Positions 42,897 through 53,603 of a stretch of 64,000 nucleotides of DNA are shown piece after piece. The notes beneath the pieces were generated by a model. That model was not told where the DNA came from. It searched no databases and saw only the letters and a list, made by a program, of their open reading frames with translations. A program made the translations under genes and the position numbers. Every line of letters starts with the position of its first letter. The stretch's first letter is position 1. Source of the stretch: Candidatus Marinacidobacterales bacterium (GTDB taxonomy: Bacteria; Acidobacteriota; Vicinamibacteria; Marinacidobacterales; SMYC01); assembly GCA_965224085.1 (NCBI GenBank), contig CBDCYI010000011.1, positions 352,001-416,000 on the forward strand, given 5' to 3'.

Positions 42897-43980
42897 TGCC
42901 TTGGTGCACAACTCCGATAGAGGCCGAGAGCTCGCTTGGCCCCGGTTTCCCATCATCCGATCATCTTGCTATCAGGCATCCCGATGGCCGTCATGGCGTT
43001 CAGAAACTTGCACCCGATCCTTGCCTCAACTCTCTGTGCCGCCAACCCTCTCGCTCGCATCGCCGAGCCAACGATCGCCTTGTAGCGATGGAACGTTGTC
43101 TCGACTTTGCTCCGTTTGCTGTAGCCCGATTCTGTGTGCCACTTTCGTTTGCCAAGCCGAGCTCGTGCTGAAATGTTGCGATTGCGCTGTCGGCTGCTCG
43201 CCGGCCCCGATGCAAGGTGGGCCCTTTTCGTGGCGGGTACCAGCACCTCGGTGAGCGATGAGCGCGGTGACTCTCGAGCGCTTCATAGACGCCGCTGGCG
43301 TCGTATGCGGTGTCAGCTCTGGCCGATGAGATGGGAGTGTCGATCTGTCCGACAAGCGATGCAACCCGCGATGAATCGTGGGCTCTTTTGCTCGTCAGCT
43401 CGCCGGCGACGACTTCGCCAGTCTGCTCGTCGACACACAGATGGAGCTTTGCGATAATCCCTGCTCTTCGGTGGTCTACGCAGCTGGCCAACATGGACAG
43501 CGAGACCGCTGCTGTCGATCAAGATGTGCAACGGCGTCTTCTGCTTACCTCGGTAGAAGGGGTCCTTGCCCAGCTTCGCCTTGCGCCTCGAGAGCGTGGT
43601 GTGATCGGGCACATCATTGTCCAGCTTCAACACAGCGAACAACGATCGCAGCAATCCCTCGCTCTGCCTGGATGACAGATGAAACAACATGCCCAGGGTG
43701 ATAGCCGTCTCGATGGCGTGATTGGAGTACTTGCGTTGACGGCCCGGTTTCCTCCTCCTCGGTCGGGGCGCGTCCCAGCCCACAAGCTTGCCGTCGGTGA
43801 GCGAGATCCACACGGTCAGGCTGCCGCGGTCGCGTAGACTCGCCTCATATTCTCGCCAATTCCTCACCCGATAGGCCTTCTTCACATACTTCTGCTGAGT
43901 GCGTTTGAAAACGCTCATGGGGACCTCGGTTCCGCGACACGACAATTATGGGCCGAGATCGCGAGTTGTGCACCAAGGCA
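42897..43980 (-). mobile_element. IS5-family (IS903-like) element with frameshifted transposase
   Basis: Perfect 18-bp inverted repeats TGCCTTGGTGCACAACTC; YRVRNWREY...RGSLTVW, PDHTTLSRR, IDSSGL, KLHLCVD, split over three frames. Confidence 0.9.
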
Positions 43981-44109
43981 GCGTCGTGCTTCTCGTTAAC
44001 GTCGTGCTTCGCTCGATTCCTGCAAACCGCTACTAATTATGGCGCAGGGCACCAAACCAATGTACTATCCCTTCCCGGTTAAGGAGACACCTAAGAAGTA
44101 CCCTTTCAT

Positions 44110-44625
44110 ATGGAGGAAATCATGACGAAGCATCGTTCGTTACTCGCCGCAGCGGTGGCGCTGGTCATCGTTAGTGCGTGTTCGCCGCCACCCGAACCGC
44201 CGCCCGAGATCGACATCGAAGCGGAAAGAGCATCACTCAGCGAGGCGGCCGATCGTTATCACGAGGTCGGCCATTCGCTGGATGTGGAAACGCTTGCATC
44301 GTTCTATGCAAGCGACGCTTTGGTGCTGCCTCCCAATTCGGCGGCGATTGAAGGTCCGGCTGGAGTCCGCGAGTTCCTAACTGCCTTCACTTCCACTCCG
44401 GGTTTTCAAGTCCGCTTCGAAACGCCGACGGTCGTGGTATCCAATGGAGGCGACCTGGGTTACACGCTTGCCGATATCGAGTTCACCGTCGACGGACCCG
44501 ATGGACAGCCCGTAACTTCGCGGGAGCGGGACTTTCACGTCTGGAAAAAGCAAGCCGACGGTTCGTGGAAAGTCATCATCGATATCTGGAACTCGCCGGA
44601 TCCCCTGCCGACGTCCGGCGAGTAG
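44110..44625 (+). CDS. DUF4440/SnoaL-like lipoprotein
   Basis: Lipobox VSAC, FYASDA, GDLGY, VWKKQADGSWKVIIDIWN. Confidence 0.85.
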   Translation: MEEIMTKHRSLLAAAVALVIVSACSPPPEPPPEIDIEAERASLSEAADRYHEVGHSLDVETLASFYASDALVLPPNSAAIEGPAGVREFLTAFTSTPGFQVRFETPTVVVSNGGDLGYTLADIEFTVDGPDGQPVTSRERDFHVWKKQADGSWKVIIDIWNSPDPLPTSGE

Positions 44626-44748
44626 GCGGAGTCGTGGACCGGTAACGTGTGCTAAGGGTCCTCGCAAAAAATAACTTCACATTTTCGACGGCGACAAGCT
44701 GTAGTTCCATGCCGACGAGGTTTTGGGTCTGGAAAGACAGAGAGCGTC

Positions 44749-45225
44749 CCGTAGGGTCAAGATACTCGAACGGCAACCGGGTCAGCAGGATCCGCGGACC
44801 CGCGGACCCGCGGACCGGTTGAATCGGCCCTTCCTGTCGGATAGGTATTCCAATCCTTCGGAAGGAGTCGCGATGGACTGGAAGACCAAGCTGGCCTATA
44901 TCTCAGGATCTGTGGACGAGGAGCTTCTCCTGCGGAACGAATATCTTGTGGCCGAGAATCGGATTCTTCGGAATCAGATCCAGGGTCGTTTGCGCCTGAC
45001 CGATGGCGAACGGCGGACGCTGGCCGAAATCGGGAAGCGTCTCGGCAAGCAGGCGTTGGAAGAGGTTGTGAGCATCGTGAAGCCCGACACGATCTTGGGC
45101 TGGCATCGCAGGCTTGTCGCGAAGAAGTTCGACGGCTCTAAGAACCGTCAATACCCAGGGCGGCCGCGTGTCGACGCTGACATCGAAGAGCTGGTGGTGC
45201 GTCTTGCCCAGGAGAACAAGTCTTG
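44749..45225 (+). mobile_element. Integrase-core (IS481-like) element, 5' fragment (CDS from 44873)
   Basis: EYLVAENRILR...RLRLTDGERR...KPDTILGWHRRL...PGRP...LAQENKS, cut just before the expected WGY. Confidence 0.75.
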
Positions 45226-45317
45226 AACTAAGCCGCTCGCGCGGCGGCGGGACCTGCAAGCTCTCCCGAACTGGTGAGCCAAACTGGGGGCATTTTGCCT
45301 GCGCCTTTTTCGCCGCA

Positions 45318-45582
45318 GCCCATCGCCCTTCCAGGGAATCACGGCGCGCAGGTCGTGTCAAGTTTTCCACGGCCTGACGGCCACCCCGAATGAATGAAAC
45401 GCGGTGGTCTCTGGAGGTGGCACCGGCTCAACACGACGCCTGAGGGAGCTCGGTTTTGACGTCACTGCCCCCAAACGCTACACCCTGAGTTTCTTATTAG
45501 GGTTTCGCGCGCTTCGCGCGCCGGCTGCGCCGCCCTGGACACGACCTGCGCGCCGTGATGCGAGTCACTATGGGCGATGGGC
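45318..45582. repeat. Bipartite inverted repeat upstream of the recombinase
   Basis: Perfect 22-bp arms 45338-45359 and 45538-45559 plus perfect 11-bp arms 45318-45328 and 45572-45582. Confidence 0.9.
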
Positions 45583-45860
45583 GGACGGGTGCCTCCGGCA
45601 GGGGCTCCGGACTCCGGGTTTTGCACGGCAAGCCAGCCGCGGTGAACTCACTCGCCTCTAACCCGTTTCCCTTGTTTTTCCGGGCCACGGGAGCCAGAAG
45701 GGATTAAGGAGGACGGCTTCGCCGTCGTCTTCATTCGTTCGATCTTCGCTCCGGACAACGAGTCCTGCGTTTCTCGGAACCGCTCTCTCACACATGGCAT
45801 CATCCCTGTCCCCCGCGGGCGGCGATGGTCGTCGTCTGCTAAATCACTGGAGGAATAATC

Positions 45861-46721
45861 ATGGGATGCCTTAGCGAAAAAATGCTTGCCGACATGAAAC
45901 TGAAGGGGTTCGCACGCTCCACGCAGGAGGAGTATCTGCTGCGAGCGCGCCATTTCGCGGCACATTACATGCGCTCACCCGCCGAGATGGGCGAGCCGGA
46001 GACCCGCGATTATCTGATTCATCTCGTTAACGAGAAGAAGGCCTCTCCGGCCAGCCACCACATGTACGTCGCCTCTCTCAAGTTTCTCTACGCAACCACA
46101 CTCAACCGCCCGGAGGAGGTGGCGAAGATTCCTTGGCCCAAGAAACCTCGCACGTTACCCGATATCTTGAGCGGCGAGGAGGTCGATTGTTTGCTTCACT
46201 CCGTTAACTCCGTCAAACACCGCGCGATTCTCATGAGCGCCTACGGCGCCGGGCTGCGCGTTTCCGAGGTGTGCTGTCTGAAGCACTCCGACATCGACTC
46301 CAAACGCATGCTCTTGCACATTCGTCACGCCAAGAACTCCAAGGCCCGCTATGTCACGCTCAGCGAACGTTTGTTGAGCTTCCTGCGCTACTACTGGAAA
46401 ACCACTCGCCCTCGCGGAGAGTACTTGTTTCCCGGCCGTAATCCTGGTGCCCACATCTCAGACGATGGCGTTCGCTGGGCTCTTCGTAAGGCCGTGGCTG
46501 AGGCGGGGCTCACCAAACGTATCACTCCTCATTCGCTGCGCCACGGTTTTGCCACACATATGCTCGAACTGGGTGAAGACATTCGTACCGTGCAGCAACT
46601 GCTCGGTCATGCCTCCATCCAGACCACGGCCCGTTACACAAAGGTAACAGCAAAGCACTTGGGGCGCATCAAGAGCCCTCTCGATTTGCTGGGAACGAAG
46701 AAGGGCAAAAAGCTCGGCTAG
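45861..46721 (+). CDS. Tyrosine recombinase with SAM-like N-terminal domain
   Basis: GLRVSE, HSLRH.FATH, LLGH, TARY catalytic set; SD GGAGG. Confidence 0.93.
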   Translation: MGCLSEKMLADMKLKGFARSTQEEYLLRARHFAAHYMRSPAEMGEPETRDYLIHLVNEKKASPASHHMYVASLKFLYATTLNRPEEVAKIPWPKKPRTLPDILSGEEVDCLLHSVNSVKHRAILMSAYGAGLRVSEVCCLKHSDIDSKRMLLHIRHAKNSKARYVTLSERLLSFLRYYWKTTRPRGEYLFPGRNPGAHISDDGVRWALRKAVAEAGLTKRITPHSLRHGFATHMLELGEDIRTVQQLLGHASIQTTARYTKVTAKHLGRIKSPLDLLGTKKGKKLG

Positions 46722-46727
46722 CTCATC

Positions 46728-49308
46728 ATGCAGCCCCATGGGCTGTGTCCTTCCCGCGTCGAGTCACCACCACGGCCACTGCTCGAGATCGCGGAAATCT
46801 TCCGCGAACATGGTCCACGCTTTCGCCAAACCCATGCGCTGACAGCCGAGCAGCGCAAGGTGATGTGGGCTATAGAGAACTGTCGCACGGCGGTGCTAGG
46901 TGGCCATCTCGACGTGTGTAACGCTTGCGGATACGCGGCGCCTTCGTTTAACTCGTGCCGCAATCGGCACTGTCCCAAGTGTCAGAGCCTAGCCCAGGCG
47001 AAGTGGATGGAGCAGCGAGCTCAGAGGATTCTTCCGACTCACTATTTCCACGTCGTTTTCACCCTCCCGCAGCAACTCAAGCCTCTCGCCCGAGACAATC
47101 CCAAGTTCATGTTCAACCTCCTGTTTCGCGCCGCCTCGCGAACTCTATTGGAGTTCGGCCAAAGCCGGCTCGAAGCTCAACTTGCCTTCACCGCCGTACT
47201 GCACACCTGGACCCGGAAGCTCCTGTTCCATCCACACCTGCATTGCATCGTCTCCGGGGGCGGGCTCAACCACCCTCAGCAGCTGTGGAACGCCGCAAAC
47301 CCTCGCTTTCTGTTTCCCGTCAAGGCCATGTCGCGGCTTTTTCGCAGCAAGTTTCTCGATGCCCTTAGGTTCTGTTACATAATAATATTTACAAATACGA
47401 GTTCGGTAAGAATTAATACCCTCAATCAAGCACGTCGGGGATGGAGAGTGTAATTCCAGTTGCCGTGGAAGGGGTGGATTTTGAGTCGAAGCTCCTGCAT
47501 TTCTTCGTTACTGACCTTCTGGCCTGTCTCGTAGGAGTTCTTGTCCAGCATGGCCTTTACCTTCAAGCCGGTTCGGGTCTTGGTGTTGCCGATAAGATTG
47601 ACGACCGCCTCGTAGCTCACGAGAGGCCGTCCTTTCCAGTTCATGCTGACAAAGGAGAATAGTCGATGTTCGATTTTGTTCCATTTACTGGTTCCCGGTG
47701 GATAGTGGCATACGGTGATGGGAATCTTCAGTTGGTCCGATAGCTTTTGGAGGTGGAGCTTCCAGCCTCGCAGCCGGTTTCCGTTGCTTCCACCGGCGTC
47801 CGCGCAAACAAGCAGACGTTTCGCCATCGGATAAGACTTTTTTCCGAGTATGCGCCACCATCTCCGGATGCTTTCTACCGCGAATTCCGCAGTCTCGTGA
47901 GTAATGCCGACGTTGACCAGCGCTTCGTCGCGGGACACATCGTAAGTCCCATAGGGAATTGCTTTGCCCTCAGCCATACTGGGGAAGTCGTGTACAAGAA
48001 CCGGCTCACCTCCGCCCTTCTTCTTCCTCCACGTTTTACCCCTGTTTTCAAAGGCTCCTATCAATTCCTTCTTCTTGGTATCGACGCTCACGACCGGATC
48101 CTTGCTTCGCATGAACTTGCTTACTTGCTTGTTGATGTAACGAAACTGTTTGTCCCGATCCGGGTGCTGATCCCCTTCCAGTCTCTTCACGTTAGCTTGC
48201 AGCGAGTAACCCATTTCTCCTAGGCGTCGAGCAACTGTCACGTGCGAGACATCGTGACCTTTGCGTTCAAGCTCCTCCGCCATCGCTCTCGTGGACTTGT
48301 TCGTCCATTTGAGATGCTTCATCGGGTCGCCGGCGGTTCTTTCGTCGAGGATCTTCTTCAGCTGCCGCTCGATTCTCGGGTCTAACTCCTCGACCCGCTT
48401 TCTCCCCCCGCCAGGCTTGCGCACTCGGGCGCTGTCGTCATCAACTATCGGCGCTTTCGCTTTGAGTTCCGCCACGCCCTTCATGATGGTCGGCCGCGAC
48501 ATCCCCGTAAGTCGTGACAGCCGACTGACCCCGCCGCGTCCTTCTTCAAGCGCCCGTTGAGCCACAAAAACACGCGCTTGCGCTTCGTTCAACGTCCCCA
48601 GCACCCTCAACCAGTGACGCTCAGACTCTGGTACCTTTCGATCTGTTGCCATCCTCGTATAGTCTCGCAACCAGCAGAGGATAGCAGCAATGACAGTGTA
48701 TTGTAAATATTAATATGTAACAGACCCTTAGGCTCGCTTACGACCAAGATGAGCTTGAGTTGAGCGCAAACGCTTCCCACCTCAGAAACCCACCTCGCTT
48801 CCGGGAGCTGAAAGACAAGCTCTACCGCATCGATTGGGTCGTTTACAGCAAACGACCCTTCGGTGGCCCAGAGCAGGTTTTCAACTACCTCGGCCGATAT
48901 ACCCACCGGGTCGGCATCTCCAACCGCCGACTCATTCGCATCGACCACTACGGCGTCTGCTTCGCCACCAAGAATGGTAATACCGTTACCGTCCCCCCAG
49001 AGGAATTTATCCGCCGTTTCCTCCTGCACGTACTGCCGAAAGGTTTCGTCAAGATTCGCCATTTCGGCTTAATGGCCTCCTCCAATGCGACCACCAAGCT
49101 CGTAGTCGCGCGCCAGTTGCTCGATGAGAAAACAAAACCCACGACCGACGCCGACGACGTGCAAGTCAGCTCGCGTGCCACCGAGGACAAGGACTGGCGC
49201 GAGCGGCTCAAGGAGCTCACCGGCATCGACCTCACCATCTGTCCCCGCTGCAGCGTTCCGGCGCTTTCGAACGGAACGCGACTGGGCTGGCCTTCCCTTG
49301 GAGGCTAG
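46728..49308 (+). pseudogene. IS91-family HUH (Y2) transposase interrupted by ISAzo13
   Basis: Zinc domain SCRNRHCPKCQ, HPHLH, YLGRY, LHVLPKGF.KIRHFG; frame restored when 47368-48730 is removed. Confidence 0.9.
47368..48727 (-). mobile_element. ISAzo13-family element (1360 bp), transposase at 47426-48670
   Basis: GDP..L.WT.KS, HPDRD.QF, SVDTKKKE, DAGGSN, PPGTSKWNKIEHRLF; AT-rich inverted repeats; TTA duplication at 47365-47367 and 48728-48730. Confidence 0.95.
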
Positions 49309-49319
49309 AATCCGCCGTC

Positions 49320-50340
49320 ATGAGTGTCGCGATTCACCCCTGGACATTCCTTGCGGTCGCCGTCGCCGGTTGGATCCACCGTGACCAACAGGCCGCTATC
49401 ACCTACTTGCTCGAGGAGAACAAAGTCCTCAGAGCTCGGCTCGGTAGACGAAGACTGCGCTTCACCGACGCCGAGCGGCGACGGCTGGCGGCCAAGGGCA
49501 AGGCCCTCGGCCGCAAACTCTTGGCGGAAGTCGCCGGTATCGTCACTCCCGACACCCTCCTCGCCTGGCACAGAAGGCTCATCGCGCGGAAGTGGGACTA
49601 CAGCGCGCGACGGAAACAGCCCGGACGCGCACGAGTGATGGTCGAGATTACCGAGCTTGTCGTGGGCATCGCGGAGTCCAATCCGAAGTGGGGATATACG
49701 CGCATTCGCGGTGCCCTTTCCAATCTCGACCACATTGGTTGCTCGTTCCACCATCGCAGATATTTCTGCGAGAACACGGCATCGAGCCAGCGCCGGAGAG
49801 AGGTGAGCGGACACCGTGGCGGACGTTTCTGACCGCCCATTGGGAAACCGTGGCTGCTACCGACTTCTTGACCGTCGAGGTCGCCACGTTCAGGCTCGTC
49901 ACCTACTACGTCCTCGTCGTGATGGAACTCTCTTCGAGAAAAGTCAACGTTGCTGGAATCACTCCCGGGCCGGACAGCGCGTTCATGATGCAGGTCGCTC
50001 GCAACCTCACCGATCCGGTCGACGGCTTTCTTCTCGGCAAGCGATTCCTCATCCTGGACCGTGACAAGAAGTTCACAGCGGAGTTCCGGGCCTCGATCGA
50101 GGACGCCGGAACTGACGTGATTAGGCTGCCCTACCGTTCGCCGAATTTGACGCTTTCGTCGAGAGGTTTGTTTTGTCGATCAAAAGCGAATGCCTCGACC
50201 GGATGATCTTCTTCGGCGAGGAATCGCTTCGCCGAGCGGTTGGCGAATACATTTCTCATTATCATGGAGAGCGCAATCATCAAGGCCTCGATAACGGGCT
50301 GATCGAAGCGGACGATGGCGTCGGAAGTGGATGTGTCCCG
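49320..50340 (+). mobile_element. Integrase-core (IS481-like) transposase, frameshifted and 3'-truncated
   Basis: [50 protein letters not shown] across three frames. Confidence 0.82.
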
Positions 50341-50392
50341 AGGTCCGTGGAAAAAGAACAGCGCACCTCGACTCCGTCATCAGGGTATCAGA

Positions 50393-51500
50393 TCAAGCGG
50401 CAACCTCCGCGTGTTCGAGAACCTCGCTCAGACGTTGGTAGCCGTCGATGCGTCGCAGTTGAATCTGGCCAGAGGCGATAAGCCCAAACAGCAAAGCGAC
50501 CGCGGACTCCTCGCTGGAGAACGACGCTTGGGTTTTCGTCCGGCGTCGAAACTCGCGGTTGAGATTCTCCAGAGCATTGGTCGTGCGAATCGATTTCCAC
50601 ATGGCACGAGGGAATTCGTAGAAGGTCAGCAGCTGATTGCCGGCCTCCTCTAGGCTTCGGACGACGGCCGGCGCGAGAGGCGTCCACTTGGCGACGAGCT
50701 TGTCATAGGCTTTGCGAGCATCGATACCGTTTTTGCTGTAGACGATCCGGTTGTAGTCACGCCGGAGCTCACGGCGTGCGTGCGCCGGACAATGTTCGAG
50801 CAAGTTGGCGCGCTTGTGCTCGGTACATCGCTGCAACCGGCACTCCGGCCACTTCTCGAGCGCCTTCGTCAGCCCCTTGTGGCCGTCGCTGATCACCAGC
50901 TTGGGAGCCCGTAGTCCTGCAACATCGCGGTGCACACCCGAGAGTTTTCCGTCGAGCCCAGCCATATACCCAGGGGCACCTTCGTTCCATCTATTGTGAT
51001 ACCGAGAGTTACGACGACGGTCTGGCCGGCCACCTCAAGGCCATCCATCATCAGTGCCGCAAGTTCGTACTCCTCTAGCCGCCGAGACAGGTATTGCTCG
51101 AGCTTCTTCGTCGTCTGGCTCACGAGGTGACGGCTGGCGGCACTCTTGCTCGTGCCACGAGACTTCAACTTGGCCGCGGGTTTGTCCAGACTCCGTTCGT
51201 AATTTCGGGTCGATACCCCCACCAAGATCTGATTCAACACTCGCTCTGGAAGCGGGTCTTCTTCGCGGAAGGCTTCGAAGTGTGGAAGCGACGCCTCCTC
51301 ACCAGACTTCGAACGCACTCGAGGTCGCGACACTTGGATGCGACGACCACCGAAGCTCAGCTCTCCGTTCGTGCTCCCCCAGTGGTTATGAGTTCGCTTC
51401 TTCTCGTGCTTGCCCTTCGGTCCCGCGATCTCCTCGTCGTCCTCTCTGAGCAGTAGGTGCAGAGCTGTCAGTCCTTGCTCGTACACCCATTCCGTCAGGT
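50393..51500 (-). mobile_element. IS256-family transposase pseudogene
   Basis: GVSTR, SKSAASR, MMDG, ISDGHKGL, QRCTEHK, RTTNALE.LNREFRRRTK; frameshifting deletion near 50915; 5' end missing. Confidence 0.85.
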
Positions 51501-51504
51501 CCAC

Positions 51505-53465
51505 CCGACCGATGAAGCGGCAACCAAATGGTTCGAGGCTGCAATCTGGCATGGCACTCGGTGCTGCGGACATTGCGGTAGCCTCAGCACCAGCGAAGTC
51601 CCGAACGAAAAGCCGATGCCCTACTGGTGCTCCACCTGCCGGAGCTACTTCAGCGTTCGCACGGGCACCCCTATTGCCCATTCTAAGGGCCTGTTACATA
51701 TTAATATTTACAATACACTGTCATTGCTGCTATCCTCTGCTGGTTGCGAGACTATACGAGGATGGCAACAGATCGAAAGGTACCAGAGTCTGAGCGTCAC
51801 TGGTTGAGGGTGCTGGGGACGTTGAACGAAGCGCAAGCGCGTGTTTTTGTGGCTCAACGGGCGCTTGAAGAAGGACGCGGCGGGGTCAGTCGGCTGTCAC
51901 GACTTACGGGGATGTCGCGGCCGACCATCATGAAGGGCGTGGCGGAACTCAAAGCGAAAGCGCCGATAGTTGATGACGACAGCGCCCGAGTGCGCAAGCC
52001 TGGCGGGGGGAGAAAGCGGGTCGAGGAGTTAGACCCGAGAATCGAGCGGCAGCTGAAGAAGATCCTCGACGAAAGAACCGCCGGCGACCCGATGAAGCAT
52101 CTCAAATGGACGAACAAGTCCACGAGAGCGATGGCGGAGGAGCTTGAACGCAAAGGTCACGATGTCTCGCACGTGACAGTTGCTCGACGCCTAGGAGAAA
52201 TGGGTTACTCGCTGCAAGCTAACGTGAAGAGACTGGAAGGGGATCAGCACCCGGATCGGGACAAACAGTTTCGTTACATCAACAAGCAAGTAAGCAAGTT
52301 CATGCGAAGCAAGGATCCGGTCGTGAGCGTCGATACCAAGAAGAAGGAATTGATAGGAGCCTTTGAAAACAGGGGTAAAACGTGGAGGAAGAAGAAGGGC
52401 GGAGGTGAGCCGGTTCTTGTACACGACTTCCCCAGTATGGCTGAGGGCAAAGCAATTCCCTATGGGACTTACGATGTGTCCCGCGACGAAGCGCTGGTCA
52501 ACGTCGGCATTACTCACGAGACTGCGGAATTCGCGGTAGAAAGCATCCGGAGATGGTGGCGCATACTCGGAAAAAAGTCTTATCCGATGGCGAAACGTCT
52601 GCTTGTTTGCGCGGACGCCGGTGGAAGCAACGGAAACCGGCTGCGAGGCTGGAAGCTCCACCTCCAAAAGCTATCGGACCAACTGAAGATTCCCATCACC
52701 GTATGCCACTATCCACCGGGAACCAGTAAATGGAACAAAATCGAACATCGACTATTCTCCTTTGTCAGCATGAACTGGAAAGGACGGCCTCTCGTGAGCT
52801 ACGAGGCGGTCGTCAATCTTATCGGCAACACCAAGACCCGAACCGGCTTGAAGGTAAAGGCCATGCTGGACAAGAACTCCTACGAGACAGGCCAGAAGGT
52901 CAGTAACGAAGAAATGCAGGAGCTTCGACTCAAAATCCACCCCTTCCACGGCAACTGGAATTACACTCTCCATCCCCGACGTGCTTGATTGAGGGTATTA
53001 ATTCTTACCGAACTCGTATTTGTAAATATTATTATGTAACAGAACCTAAGATCGCGCTCCGCAAATGGGTTATCGCCATCTACCTCTGCTTGACTAGTCT
53101 CAAAGGCGTCTCGAGCATGAAGCTCCACCGAGACATCGGCGTCTCACAGGCCGCGGCTTGGTTCATGCTCCATCGGATTCGAGAAGCGTGGAGCGGTCCT
53201 AACGGCAAATCGTTCGCCGGGCCTGTCGAGGTAGACGAAACCTTCTTCGGCGGGAAGGCTCGCAACATGCAGCACGCCCACAAGCGCGAGCAGGCTATTA
53301 AGGGCCGAGGATCCGCAGGGAAGACGGCCGTCATCGGCGCGAAGGACCGCCGGACGAACCGTGTCAGCGCCGAGGTCATCGGCAACACCGACCAACCGAC
53401 GCTCCAAGGCTTCGTCGCGAAGAATGTCGATCCTAGCGCGAAGCTCTACACCGACGACCACAGAG
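51505..53465 (+). mobile_element. IS1595-family transposase 5' half, interrupted by ISAzo13
   Basis: Zinc ribbon CGHCG...WCSTCRSYFSVRTGT, KGVSSMKLHRDIG, VEVDETF, LYTDD; HSK and IALRKW join across the insertion. Confidence 0.85.
51687..53046 (+). mobile_element. ISAzo13-family element, second copy (transposase at 51744-52988)
   Basis: Protein identical to 47426-48670; TAA duplication at 51684-51686 and 53047-53049. Confidence 0.95.
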
Positions 53466-53603
53466 CCTTCTCGTGCCTGTCGGACTACTTCAACGGTGGA
53501 GCCACAGCCTTCGTACCGCTTGCGGTCGAGGAGGGTGTCACTTTCGTCAACCGGGACTTCATATCGATCGTGTGGCTGTAACCGTGGTGAAAGGTAGATT
53601 TTG

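Noticed and set aside
44790-44818. Three tandem CGCGGACC 8-mers
   Set aside because: Short slippage repeat inside an IS leader with no evident function
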